From Octopus vulgaris (taxonomy: Eukaryota), in the NCBI GenBank assembly GCA_951406725.2, contig OX597829.1, positions 55,614,001 through 55,678,000 of the forward strand: a stretch of 64,000 nt of DNA, in the 5' to 3' direction. Below, in pieces: positions 1-12,031 of this stretch. Each line of letters begins with the position of its first letter. Within the stretch, counting starts at the first letter, position 1. A model generated the notes under the pieces. That model had not been told where the DNA came from, did not search any database, and saw only the letters and a program-made list of their open reading frames with translations. Position numbers and translations under genes: made by a program.

Positions 1-393
1 TGGTTTACTTTTCAAGACAGTATCCCTTGCAGTCCCCACACTTCTTCCATCGGTGTTGCAGTGTTTGGATCCCACAGGTGAAGAAGCATTCGTCCTGTTG
101 CTCAAAAAAGGTCAGCAACAGCATATATAACATCATCACCACTGCAATACTGGCTCCCAACCGTTTTTCATGTTGGGGAACAGATGATAGTCAGATGGGG
201 ACAAATCAGGAGAATAGAGAGGTGGTGATCAACCAGTTCAAAGCCACACTCATGCACAGCAGCCATTAAAACCATAGATTTCTGTGCTGAAGAATTTCTG
301 CCCTGATGAAACACGATTCCTTTTGTTAGTTTTCCTGGACGTTTTGTCTTGATAGCCTTTCGCAAATGCCTCAGTATGTTGGCATAGTAGAGC
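1..393 (-). mobile_element. mariner (DD34D-type) transposase C-terminal remnant, frameshifted
   Basis: Translation YYANILRHLRKAIKTKRPGKLTKGIVFHQ...MAAVHECGFELVDH, then in other frames YSPDL-PSDY-LFPNMK and LQHRWKKC-like motifs typical of mariner transposases. Confidence 0.8.
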
Positions 394-399
394 ATAGTG

Positions 400-457
<58 letters not shown>

Positions 458-1719
458 AATGAGGAGGAGGAGGGGAGGAGGAGGGGAAGAGGAGGAAGAG
501 GAGGTAAGGTTTGTTGATTACGTCGATCCCTGTGCTTGCCTGCTACTTTATTTTATCGATCTCGGAAGGATGGAAGACAAAGTTGACATCGATGGGATTT
601 GAACTTAGATCGTATTGAACCGGAAGAAATGCCGCTAATTATTTTGTTCGACGCGTTCGTTAACGATTCTGCCTGCTTGTGTTACTATTATTTGTCACTT
701 GTTTGCTTTTGAGCTAAGGGAATCTGTTCCTTTATTTTTAGAACGTGAACAAAATAGAGAATAGCTACATTCTTTTAGAATACCTTCTTTAACTTAATTC
801 TTCCATCGTCAGTATCATCGGAAAAATCGAAAGGTTTGGATCACAGTGTGTCAAACACTAAATGAACCATTTGATGTCTACGGTATAAGCTGGCGTATTT
901 TGTTTAGGTTTATTGATTTTCGACATTTCAAAGAAACCATTAATCAGGATATGGATATTTTATATTTGTGTTAATAAATGCAACTTTTTTAATGAATTTT
1001 CTGATTCTATCAAATGAAAACTTGCTTGTTCCTCGCAAAAATTCTCTGCCAGAACCGATTCTTTGAAAATACTCTACCAGACTAATTTAAGCTCTGAGCG
1101 ATTTCCGATAATCTGATAATCTAAAAGAGGCGATAACAATAACTCATAAAAATGGTAGTAGAGCTCAGATATGGAACTAAATACCCGTATCACTTAAAAT
1201 CATCTATTTCAAAAGTTTTGGGAGAGGAATATGTGCAAAATAATAATTAAGACTCACGAAAAGACTGAACTTTCGAATACAACTTTTCCAACATTGGAAC
1301 GAAATCTTTAGAACTTATTGCGGCTATTTTGATTTTGCCAAAAGATTTTGATTATGCCGACGGAATGTTTACGCATAGAATACACTAAAATACAAATACA
1401 GAGGACGAACTGGAATAAACTATTTCGACAGCTGTTTCAGGAGTACCATGGCCTATGCCGTACCACATTCATACATAATAGATGCGCGTAATGTCGCAGG
1501 TATATGTCATAACAAAAAGGTTCTATGGATATGTTAGGGAAAGCAAGGTCACTCTCACCGAAAGAAGAATGATAATATTTTGTAGTCCATGTAAATATAT
1601 GCATTAAGTCTATTTATGTTGTTTATCTGCCTGTCTGCCTGTCTGCTAATACCTCTGTATATGTACACGTGTGTGTGTATATATATATATACATACATAT
1701 ATATATATATGTATGTATG

Positions 1720-1753
<34 letters not shown>

Positions 1754-1772
1754 TATTTACACACACACACAC

Positions 1773-1815
<43 letters not shown>

Positions 1816-1958
1816 TGTGTAAATATATGTGTGTGTGTGTGTGTGTGCATGTGTAAATATATGTGTGTGTGTGTATCAGTGACATCTTCAGCGACACTTT
1901 CCGTCCTCGCATGTGTTCTTGCTCCGCTTAATCCATCACACACACACACACACACTCA

Positions 1959-1991
<33 letters not shown>

Positions 1992-2250
1992 AGACACACG
2001 TGCACACATATACATACTCATACACACACATATAAATGTGCTCGACTAAACCTTCCAACACGGTACCCTGGTGTGACCAACAATTGAAACATGCAAAAGA
2101 TAAAAGATATACGCACGCGCATACATCCACAATGTATGTGTTCGTGTGTATACACATGCATACATATATACATACATACACACATACATACATACGTATG
2201 TACATACACGCATACATACATACATACACACACATACATACATACATACA

Positions 2251-2281
<31 letters not shown>

Positions 2282-2370
2282 GTACATAGATGCATACATA
2301 CACGCATACATGCATACATACACATAAGCATAAATACACGCACACACACACATACACACAGACATACAGA

Positions 2371-2423
<53 letters not shown>

Positions 2424-3092
2424 TAGTCTTATGACATTAAGATATATTTCAGGACATACATATTGATGTGGACATCAAAATCAATATGCGTCTGCTGATA
2501 TATTTTATGATAATCAAGTGACATAATCATAAATATCGGTACATACATATCGATATGGGCATCAAAATCGATATGTGTGTCCTGATATATATATTCTATG
2601 TCACTACATTAATATAATAATTATTCATTCCGTCTGCATTGAGTTCTTTCACATCTAACGCACGGAAATGTTTACTTGTGGAATATGTTCTGTGGCGGTG
2701 AGCTGCCAGCATTAATATAGAATCGTAGAGAACAATTTGTGGTGTTTGTCCGGAACCGCTGTTTGTTGTTCAAATCCCCATGAGATCGACTTTGCTTTTA
2801 ATCCTTCTGGGGGATCAAGAAATTAATCACTTGCACAGTGCGTTGGATGGATTGAATTGTTAGAAATGACGGGATGCTTTGTCGGTCGCTCATCGAAGTC
2901 GTGAACAGCTCACGAATACAAATGGGTTACATACAAATATAACGGTTTCAAATTTGGGGACAAGGCCAGCAATTTTAGGGGAGAAGATAAATCGAATACA
3001 TGGATTCCAGTGATCAATTGGCGTTTATTTTATCAAGCCTAAAAGAATGGAAGTCGACCTCGACGGGGTTTGAAATCAGCTCGAAAGGAGCC

Positions 3093-3150
<58 letters not shown>

Positions 3151-3206
3151 TGTATGTATGTATGTATGTATGTATGTATGTATGTATGTATGTATATGTA
3201 TGTGTG

Positions 3207-3346
3207 TGTGGTAAGAAGCTTGCTTCTCAACCACATGTTTCCGGGTTCAGTCCTACTGCGTGGTACTGTGTGCAAGTGTCATCTACTAAAGCCTCGGGCC
3301 GACCAAAACCTTGTGAGTGGATTTGGCAGACGGAAACTGAAAGAAG

Positions 3347-3417
<71 letters not shown>

Positions 3418-3655
3418 GTGTGTGTGTGTGTGTGTGTGTTTGTTGTGTTGTGTGTGTGCGTGTGTGTGTTTCGTGTGTTTGTATTTGTTCCCCCTACCAT
3501 CGCTTGACAACCGATGTTGGTGTCTCTACGTTTTTGTAACTTAGCGGTTCGGAACTATGCTTACAAAAAATAAGTTCTGGCGTCGATTTGTTCGACTAAA
3601 GGCGGTGCTCCAACATGGCCGCCGTCAAATGACTGACGGGAGTAAAAGAATAAAG
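3207..3655 (+). mobile_element. abundant SINE (family S1) with internal microsatellite
   Basis: Head CCACATG-TTCCGGGTTCAGTCC-ACTGCGTGG, body GTGAGTGGATTTGG-AGACGGAAACTGAAAGAAG, tail GGCGGTGCTCCA-CATGGCCG; matches copies at 53702 and 60289. Confidence 0.85.
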
Positions 3656-3682
3656 AAAAAAGAAATCTCTCTCTATAGATAT

Positions 3683-5215
3683 ATTAGCAGAGACACCCGG
3701 CGTTGTGTGGGATTGAAATGGCATAGTTTGTATATATATGTTGAAAAAATGTGATACGGGTAAGTGCAGCATTGATGATAAAACTTATGTGGAGTAAATG
3801 ATGGGCTAATTCGACTAAGCGACATATCATGCGTCCGTTTGGAGGATTCCAGGCCCTAACCTGTCATGGAAAATTGGGAGTGGGGTTATGTAATTTTGAA
3901 CGCATCGAAAAGCTGTCAGTGGATGTAATCTCTTTTGCGGTGGTTGACAGTTGAATGAATGTAGGTGTAATGGAGATATTGTATGTAAATGGGTATTTTC
4001 CAGAAAGGGGCTGCAATGGGAGACGGCAACGGGGAAGTGAACTGTTGAAATGTTGCAGAAGGCGAAGGGTTCTGGAATTGGATTGCTGGTGTTGCTGTAG
4101 AATAAGAAACATAAACTGAGCCTATGCAGTCACAGGAGAAGAATGTAGCAAGGAATTACTTGAAGAAATAATGCATAATGGCTTACCGAGCGGTCAGTGG
4201 GAGTAATTGGAGAAAATGCTTTGGTACTGAAGTCCATGCAGGAAACTGCTTTGTTGGTGCAGTCTTTGGGTTTGTTGGTATTATGCCAAAATGGTATCCA
4301 TCTTCACCATTCACAAAGAACAGTGGATACCAGAGCGCATCGTGGGGTGTAGTAATTCCTACAAAACCTCTTGGTAAACAATATTCTGTTTTCTCCTTTC
4401 AGAACAAATGTAAATAGAATTTGTTTGCTTCCCACTCTAGAGCAGACAATATTTAATCGTTCGTGTGAGAAGCGTAACTCTTCCTAGTGAACTTCTACTA
4501 CAGACAATGTTTGACCCTGGGATTTATTGATAGACTTTGCGAAGCTTGTATGAATAGGGAATTCCACTCTTCTGAAGAAAAAGGAATTTCTGCTCTCAAT
4601 GGAATGAGAGGAATTCTGGGAATGAGAGGAATTCTCCTTTTCCCCATCCAAAGAGAATGGTGACCTCAATAACATGTGGCATCATCTTCATTATAACCAT
4701 GCGTGTCCCATTGCAGAGTGTTGGTGGATCCAAATTCCTCAATGACGTTACTGGAGTTCCCACTTTAAGTTCCAATCTGTGGGGAGGTAGCCCTGGAGGC
4801 TGCAATGACTTGAGAAATTATGTTGCATAATTTATCACCTCTCCTGGATCTGTGATTGTATCAACTGACTTATAGATGTGAGGACTTCCATGAAGGTACT
4901 GCAGCAGCTGCTCATTAATTTTACTTACAGTGCTAGTTTTTGGAGCCAGTATTGCTCTTTCACACAACCAATTGAGATTGTGATAATTTTTTGACCAATA
5001 AATGTTGGTCAAATAGATGTTGGTTTGAAAGTTACTTCGCAAAGAGTTACCTCTCTTTTCCACGTAACCCAGGAAAGGGTAAAGGGTGTTTTCTGCTCTC
5101 AGAGAGCTCGTTACTCATTATGCGAAAAATTTTAAGAGTCTTAAATCATCTCTTGAACATAAGCAATGTATGTTCCCAGTTTGGGGAAAAGCAGTTGTGA
5201 ACTTCAGAAGTTATG
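3683..5215 (-). mobile_element. degenerate Helitron (PIF1-like helicase C-terminus, a Rep-region fragment and the 3' terminus)
   Basis: 4430-5070 encodes WLCERAILAPK, LQPPGLPPHRLELKVGTP, LRNLDPPTLCNGTR and SINKSQGQTL; 4261-4344 encodes HDALWYPLFFVNGEDGYH; 3683-3726 resembles the hairpin+CTAG end seen at 16047-16074. Confidence 0.85.
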
Positions 5216-5261
5216 TGGGTTTACACACACACAACCTCACTTATATATATGTATGTATATA

Positions 5262-5348
<87 letters not shown>

Positions 5349-5352
<4 letters not shown>

Positions 5353-5495
5353 TGCAGCACGGACTTTGTCAGTGAACAGGTCGCGGATTTTAGCGACGAA
5401 AATATTTTGACAAATTAAACTTAAATGTTGAAGTGTATCGAACAGCTTTTGTGTGTTTCTTAAATGGCTTATAAACACCTTCCACGCTGCAATTG
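5349..5495 (+). mobile_element. solo Penelope pLTR/3' end (family A) inside (TA)n
   Basis: Near-identical to 14451-14596 and 59674-59821, the 3' ends of the RT-GIY-YIG elements; flanked on both sides by (TA)n. Confidence 0.85.
5365..5414 (+). ncRNA. type I hammerhead ribozyme variant (G3:C8), family A
   Basis: TTTGTCA-GTGAACA-G-GTCGC-loop-GCGAC-GAA-AATATT-T-TGACAAA: 7-bp stem I, 5-bp stem II, palindromic stem III. Confidence 0.7.
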
Positions 5496-5522
5496 TATAT
5501 ATATATATATATATATATGATG

Positions 5523-5840
5523 TGAGGGCGCGTGGCTTAGTGGTTAGGGCATTCGGCTCATGATCGTAAGGTTGTGAGTTCGATTCCCGGCGACGCGTTG
5601 TGTCCCTGAGCAAGACACTTTATTTCACGTTGCTCCAGTCCACTCAGCTGGCAAAAATGAGTTGTACTTGTATTTCAAAGGGTCAGCCTTGTCACTCTCT
5701 GTGTCACGCTGATTTTCCCCGAGAACTACGTTAAGGGTACACGTGTCTGTGGAATGCTCAGCCATTTGCACGTTAATTTCACGAGCAAGCTGTTCCGTTG
5801 ATCGTATCAGCTGGGACCCTCGTCGTCGTAACCGGCGGAG

Positions 5841-5843
<3 letters not shown>
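5523..5843 (+). mobile_element. tRNA-derived SINE (head A + tail X)
   Basis: A box TGGCTTAGTGG, B box GAGTTCGATTCC, then TTGTGTCCCTGAGCAAGACACTT; tail shared with 16475-16655. Confidence 0.85.
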
Positions 5844-5933
<90 letters not shown>

Positions 5934-6795
5934 ACGATTGTATGCACATGCTTTCACATCGGCGTCACCAAAATTGTAACGGTGCCTCATCAAAACTGTA
6001 ACGTTTGTTACTTAGCAAATGAATGAGAGGAAGAAAGATGTTATGAGTTGAAATGACCCTTTATTTTCATCGTACAGTGTAAGATACAACTTCTTCGAGT
6101 TGATGTTATACACAGATTATTTTTAGTTCTGTTGGCCCTTTCGCGATAAGCTAACTTCATCTTTTGTTGATTGCTAGAAGGCAGGTGGGAAAAGGAGAGA
6201 GAGAGAGAAAGAGTAAGAAAGTCTACCTCTCTATGTTGACATGTAGAGAAGGTGAAAGTTGTGCTGTGGCACAATGACAATTCATCAGTAAAAGAAGAAA
6301 AATAGAGACGTGTTCTTATGCTTGGTGCCAAGCGACCAAAAAGGTCACTAACCGAATTTGGTTATTGTATTTATATGTGTTGGAAAGCTGGATGTAGGTC
6401 AGAGAAAAATGGAAAGCAATGTAAAGTGGAAGCAAAACTTAAAGAAAAGATGTTAATTAAAGAAAGGATTCAGGAAAAAGGCGAATGGTTAAGACCCAGG
6501 AAGAAATACTGTTCCGAGGGAAAGTCAGGAAGATAAGAAAGGATAGTTGTCTAGATGCATATTACAGTATGCTTGTGTTTCTGGAAGCGGGCATAAGATG
6601 GGAAGGAATGGTCGTCTGTGTTGGCAAGGTATATGTATATCTATGGATGTGTGTAAGTATTCAAATTTGGTGTTGTTGTTAGTGTGTGTGCGCGTGTACA
6701 CTACTTTCTAAGGGTCGAAAATACATTGAAAGGTATAAGTGAACGTATAGAGGTTCGACCTTACGTATGTTTGTATAGTTTATATATATATATTG

Positions 6796-6981
6796 CTTTT
6801 TAGTATGTGACCTCGTCTGTATCACTAGCGATTTTTTCCCCCTGTCTTCCCTTCTCGGGATCTTTCCTTCTCCTATGTTTCCGACGAAGAGCTCCTTTCC
6901 TGAGCGTCCAATAATACTTTATTTGTTCCACGTCCTTGCGTTGTTGTTTTTTTGTTTTTGTTATCTTGTTTGGATTAACTT
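6796..6981 (+). mobile_element. Penelope-like pLTR fragment (family E) with the hammerhead partly deleted
   Basis: Near-identical to 30696-30912 but lacks ~32 nt containing GCTCGAAACGTCAAAC; sits between (TA)n tracts. Confidence 0.65.
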
Positions 6982-7007
6982 TTTATATATATATATATAT
7001 ATATATA

Positions 7008-7331
7008 AATTAGTAATGCAATACTAGAGTATTGCTTTCCAGTAAAGAATAGCCCGTGAGGGAAAAATATACAAGAAGTAAATATATGGCACAACGAAGT
7101 ACCGATATTTACTGGAAATAGCGAACGTAATAATACGACGCTAATGTATAGCTTCACCGCGTATGTACTAGCAAAAATGCGTGTGTGCAACAAACTAGAA
7201 AAAATTGTCTTACCTCCAGGGAGAACATCTGAAAGATGAAATACCTGGAAAAGGATAATGTGGGACCTGTATTATTACGTTCGCTATTTCCAGTAAATAT
7301 CGGTACTTCGTTGTGCCATATATTTACTTCT

Positions 7332-7336
<5 letters not shown>
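7008..7336. repeat. lop-sided inverted repeat in (TA)n
   Basis: 7066-7136 is the reverse complement of 7269-7336; ~130 nt spacer; unique ~58 nt tail on the left. Confidence 0.85.
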
Positions 7337-7402
<66 letters not shown>

Positions 7403-7415
7403 TTACACAGACACA

Positions 7416-8938
7416 TAGATTGTGATGGGTAAATTATCGTGATTTTATACTTTTAATTTTGAGCATGCACATTGTTCGTTTTTGATTTTGTCAGTAGGGT
7501 CAGGTGGGCACCGTTTGTGAGAAAAACAGCACCATGACGCAATTCACTCTGGCAAACGACATGCTGTACTACTTGACATTCGAGCCAGAAGCTCCAGTAC
7601 GAACATTTCAGAGTATTTGGGTGTGAATCTGAGGACAGTGCAAGGAATTTGGAAAGAGTTGGATGAGTCTAATGGTGATTAGGAAGGAGCAGCAGCTCGG
7701 AAAACTCTGATCCTTCTGATTAGAAAAGAACTCCTGAATTTGTTGGTGAGATCCAGACCATGATTAACAACGACCCCTCTAAGTCAATCAGGTCCATCAC
7801 CAGGAGCATGGGAGTGTCTGAGTTTCTTATCAGGCAAGTACTGCATAAAGACATTCGGTATTCCTCATACAAGATGAGATAGGGCCAATTTTTATCCCAG
7901 GCCATCAAAGACAAGAGGAAAGACTGTGCTATGAAGCTTTTGAACAAACTCAAGCATCCTCTCCAACCGAACATGCTTTGGTTTTTCTCAGACGAGAAAA
8001 AATTCTGCCAGGATCAGATGGTGAACATAGAGAACAACCGTTGGTTTGCCCTGTCCCCAAAACATATACTGAGAGTGATAAAAATCAAACATCCAGTCAA
8101 CATAGTGGCACTTGGAGTGATATCTAGCGATGGCGTCGTTATGCATCCTTTCATCTTTCCACACGGCCTCAGACTCAACACAGAGGTCTACATCAAGTGC
8201 CTGGAGGAGGTAGCTGTTGTTTGTTCCGTCGCAGGTGACCTGCAAGATGCAGGAGGAAAGACTGAGAGAAAGTTGTGGAGAAAGAGTCAGCAAAAGTTCG
8301 TCATTACCTTCTGTCGGAGTCGCGTGGAGCTTAGGTGTTTCGTTCATAAACACACACATCGCCCGGTCTGAGATTCGAACCCGCGATCCCTCGACCGCGA
8401 GTTCGCTGCTCTAACCACTAGGCCATGTGCCTCCACTGGGGGAGGTAGTGCTGCTCTGGGTCACGAGGGGGTAACAGGACTCTGCACCATGCCACACAAG
8501 CAGGATGCTACACAAGCACCATGCCTCACAAGCAGGAGAACCCAGTCTGGCTGTCAGTCAATTTCTGCGACCACACAACCCCTAGCATCTGACCACCTAA
8601 CTCCCCACACTGCGACCCCGTCATTATTTTGTGTGGGGTGCAGTTGAATGAGAGACCATCAAAGCTCCTTGTAATACCAAATATGAACTGAAGGCAACAA
8701 TTATGGCAGCATTCACCAACTTAAACAAGGAGGCCGTTCAGAAGAGTTGCAGGAAATTCCAAAGTAATTTGGAGGCTGTGGTTGAAGCCAATGGCGATTT
8801 TATTGAATAAATTTACTCTTTAGTATTTCAAGGTATTTTCATGTAATTTTGATAAGTATATCGATTAATATAAGATGTCAATGTTATTTTCCTTTTTGCA
8901 TGATTTAGGTGACTTTAGATGACAATTTATTCACCACT

Positions 8939-8943
<5 letters not shown>
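7416..8943 (+). mobile_element. Tc1/mariner superfamily transposon, maT (DD37D)-like, degenerate, interrupted by a SINE
   Basis: LWFFSDEKKFCQDQMVN, LGVISSDG, LRLNTEVYIKCLEEV, then QDSAPCHTS and PPNSP motifs; diverged TIRs at 7416-7440 and 8918-8943 next to TA. Confidence 0.8.
8214..8435 (-). mobile_element. tRNA(Arg)-like SINE (head B) inserted in the transposase
   Basis: Matches 39384-39600; 13-bp TSD CTGG(A/G)GGAGGTAG at 8201-8213 and 8436-8448. Confidence 0.85.
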
Positions 8944-8987
<44 letters not shown>

Positions 8988-9073
8988 TATACACATATAT
9001 ACATCTATCTCTCTCTCTCTCTATATATATATACACACATACATACACATATATACATCTCTCATTTTCTCTC

Positions 9074-9114
<41 letters not shown>

Positions 9115-10214
9115 TCAATATAAAATAGTGTACATTTAAACACAAGAGAAAACTACTTTCAACAGGCAGTTTTTACACGCTAGAAGAAGTAGTTAAAACG
9201 ACCAAAACCACATTTAAGAGCAATCTTCCAAAGGCATGAAAAATAAAAACTTTACCTTGTTATTTTATATTATATTATATTATATTACATTATATATATA
9301 TATATATTGTCGTCATATTTTTTATTGATTTTTTGTTAACTCTTAAATTGATTGTATTCCCCAAGAGTTCCTTTGTCCTCTTAGAGTTAATTTATTGCAA
9401 AATCAAGAAAAACAAATTAGATGGTTAAATAAACCAATATTTTGGTTTTTGTGATGTAGGAAGTGTCAAGTTATTCAGTCTAGAATATGCGGCTGTTTAC
9501 TGTAATGCCAATTGTTAACACATGAATCAATCCAATGAGGGTTGTCAATGTTTCTATGTGATTCTACCACCAGAAAGAAGTAGCAGTCAAAGATCCATCG
9601 AATCGCTTTACTGTGTCTCAGAAAAGGACACATTGGATAATGTAGTTTTTGAATTCCTTGCACATAAGGAAAACAGGATTCACGAACCGTTATCAGTTTC
9701 ATCATAGTTGTAATCCCTATTAGGACTGAACTGAGGTTAAACAAGAACAACAATATATTTTACAATCCTATTATTGTTTGATTCGTTTAAAAGTCGACTT
9801 CAAATTTCAACCATCCTGAAATTATACTTCTCAGTTCACTAATTATTTTTCCTGCTTGCAAATGTAGGACTTAAATACAAAATTACTGCAGTTTATTGTT
9901 GTTTCATCTTAATCGAAAATACTACCGCAGGTATTCAATATTGTGACAACATCCAAATTTCTTCCTTGAAACCTCGTTAAAAGGAACCTTTTTGGAAACC
10001 TATTATGACAATTTAAATTTTTGGGGGTTGCGGTAACGTGTGTCTGTGATCAATTCAGAACTTGCTCGAACTTGATTCTAACTGCTGTGGTTATATTCAA
10101 ATTGCGGTTGGCAAGTATAACTAACTAAAAGTGAAATAGTAAAGTAAATGATAACTGAGTAAGATCTTAAGTATGCCTACAATTAAACTTGACTATATTC
10201 GAATAGAGATGATT

Positions 10215-10745
10215 AGGCTCTCCGTCGGTTGTGACGGCGAGTGTTCTGGTTGATGCGATCAATGGAACAGCCTGCTGGGGAAACTAACGTGCAAGTGTTT
10301 GAGCACTCCACAGACACGCATACCCCTTAACATAGTTTTCAGACATATTCAGCGTGACAAGTTTGGCCTTTTGAATTACATGTGCAACCTATTTTTACCA
10401 GACTGGAGCAACGAAAAATAAAGTATCTTGTTCAAGGACACAACGCGTCGCCTGGAATTGAACCAACAGCTGTATGATCGTGTGCCTAATACCCATACCC
10501 ATTTCTTTACTAGCCACAAGGGGCTAAACACAGAGAGGACAAACAAGGACAGACAAACGGGTTAAGTCGATTACATCGACCCCAGTGCGTAACTGGTACT
10601 TAATTTATCGACCCCGAAAGGATGAAATGCAAAGTCGACCTCGGCGGAATTTGAACTCAGAACGTAACGGCAGACGAAATACCACAAAGCATTTCGCCCG
10701 GCGTGCTAACGCCTAATACCCATACCATTAAGCCACGCACCTTCT
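10215..10745 (-). mobile_element. older head A + tail X SINE carrying a nested SINE
   Basis: Diverged reverse complement of 5523-5843, split by the 10500-10710 insertion. Confidence 0.75.
10500..10710 (-). mobile_element. SINE family S2 (core GCCTTTCATCCTTTCGGGGTCGATAAATTAAGTACCAG type), nested insertion
   Basis: 16-bp TSD GCCTAATACCCATACC at 10484-10499 and 10711-10726; matches 43968-44181. Confidence 0.9.
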
Positions 10746-11000
10746 CATATAGAGATGACGTAAATATTTTAAAACATTTTTGAACAAAACTAAAAGTAAG
10801 GGGAACATCTCAAAATAAAAAGGAACACTCAAGGAAAATTTCTTCGGAATGAATTGGCTACTTCAGTGCTAATCAATCAAAATTGAAAATAGGAATTACA
10901 TCAGTAGAAATTTCCCCAGTTGTAAAACTTAATTTCCGCGATACATTAGTTTTGTATGTGTTGGTTGGGGAATAAATTATTCCTTTATTTATCTCGTAGG

Positions 11001-11321
11001 CAGCGGCGGACTGGGTCTAAAAATATTGGTTGCCAGGAGGCTAAGGGGGGGGGAGCACTCGCAATTACAGGAGGGGGGGGCACCCGCAACCACATTGCTA
11101 TCATTTAATTATATTTTTGTTTTTTGTTAAAATTATTCTTTTCACCTATCTACAAACACTGAAATGAATAATGCATTCTTCCAGGAGTGAATAAAAAAAT
11201 TTTCTCAAATTTGGGGTGATGGGCCCCTTAGATACTAACATGGACCCCCATATATAGACTCTAATGGTGCAGGGGTCCACTTGCCATCGGGCAAGCTGGC
11301 AACCTGGCCAGTCGGCCACTG
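11001..11321. mobile_element. hAT-type non-autonomous DNA transposon (MITE)
   Basis: 8-bp TSD CTCGTAGG (10993-11000, 11322-11329); 14-bp TIRs CAGCGGCGGACTGG / CCAGTCGGCCACTG. Confidence 0.85.
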
Positions 11322-11671
11322 CTCGTAGGGACTACTTTTGGTTGTAGACATGAAGATTTGTATCGATTATCTCACCTTGTTTCGATTATGGGGCTTCTTT
11401 TCTATCCTTAACGATTACATATTGATGTTACGTTGTTATACTTAATGGGTTGGTGCTCTTTCCACATTTGAATGACTTATCTGTTTAATATACTAGGTAC
11501 TACTTTACCAAACTGGCTGTGTGGTAAGTAGCTTGCTTACCAACCACATGGTTCCGGGATCAATCCCACTGCGTGGCACCTTGTACTATAGCCACGGGCC
11601 GACCAAAGCCTTGTGAGTGGATTTGGTAGACGGAAACTGAAAGAAGTCCGACGTATATATATATATATGTA

Positions 11672-11719
<48 letters not shown>

Positions 11720-11724
<5 letters not shown>

Positions 11725-11977
11725 CAACTAATAAGGGTGAGAAAATTGGATACTAATTTAATAGTACCATCAATTTAACACCAAGTGGCTTAGTGCATAA
11801 AAACCAGGAATACAATAAATTTTATATGTAAATATAAGAGAATGACCACTATGTGGTCTACTCTAGTACTAAAAATAGATCCGCTGGTTTCAGACACGAA
11901 GAATTGTTTCCGATGAAAGTTAGCACAACTATTTTTTAGTGCTAGAGTAGACCACATAGTGGTCACTCTCTTATATT

Positions 11978-11990
<13 letters not shown>
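11720..11990. repeat. lop-sided hairpin in (TA)n
   Basis: ~60-bp arms 11819-11878 and 11929-11990, ~50 nt loop, ~100 nt tail; related sequences at 19563-19660 and 19980-20040. Confidence 0.8.

Positions 11991-12028
<38 letters not shown>

Positions 12029-12031
<3 letters not shown>

Noticed and set aside
1555-2434. Many ORFs such as MCVCVYIYI / HTYIHT, here and throughout the window
   Set aside because: Translations of (CA)n, (TA)n and (TACA)n microsatellites that lack stop codons; not genes
2454-2590. ~50-bp imperfect direct repeat with an 87-bp period
   Set aside because: Simple local tandem duplication with no further structure
5523-5595. tRNA-like sequences (also at 16272, 39385 and 51000)
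   Set aside because: No closing acceptor stem, and they continue into repeated SINE bodies; these are SINE heads, not tRNA genes
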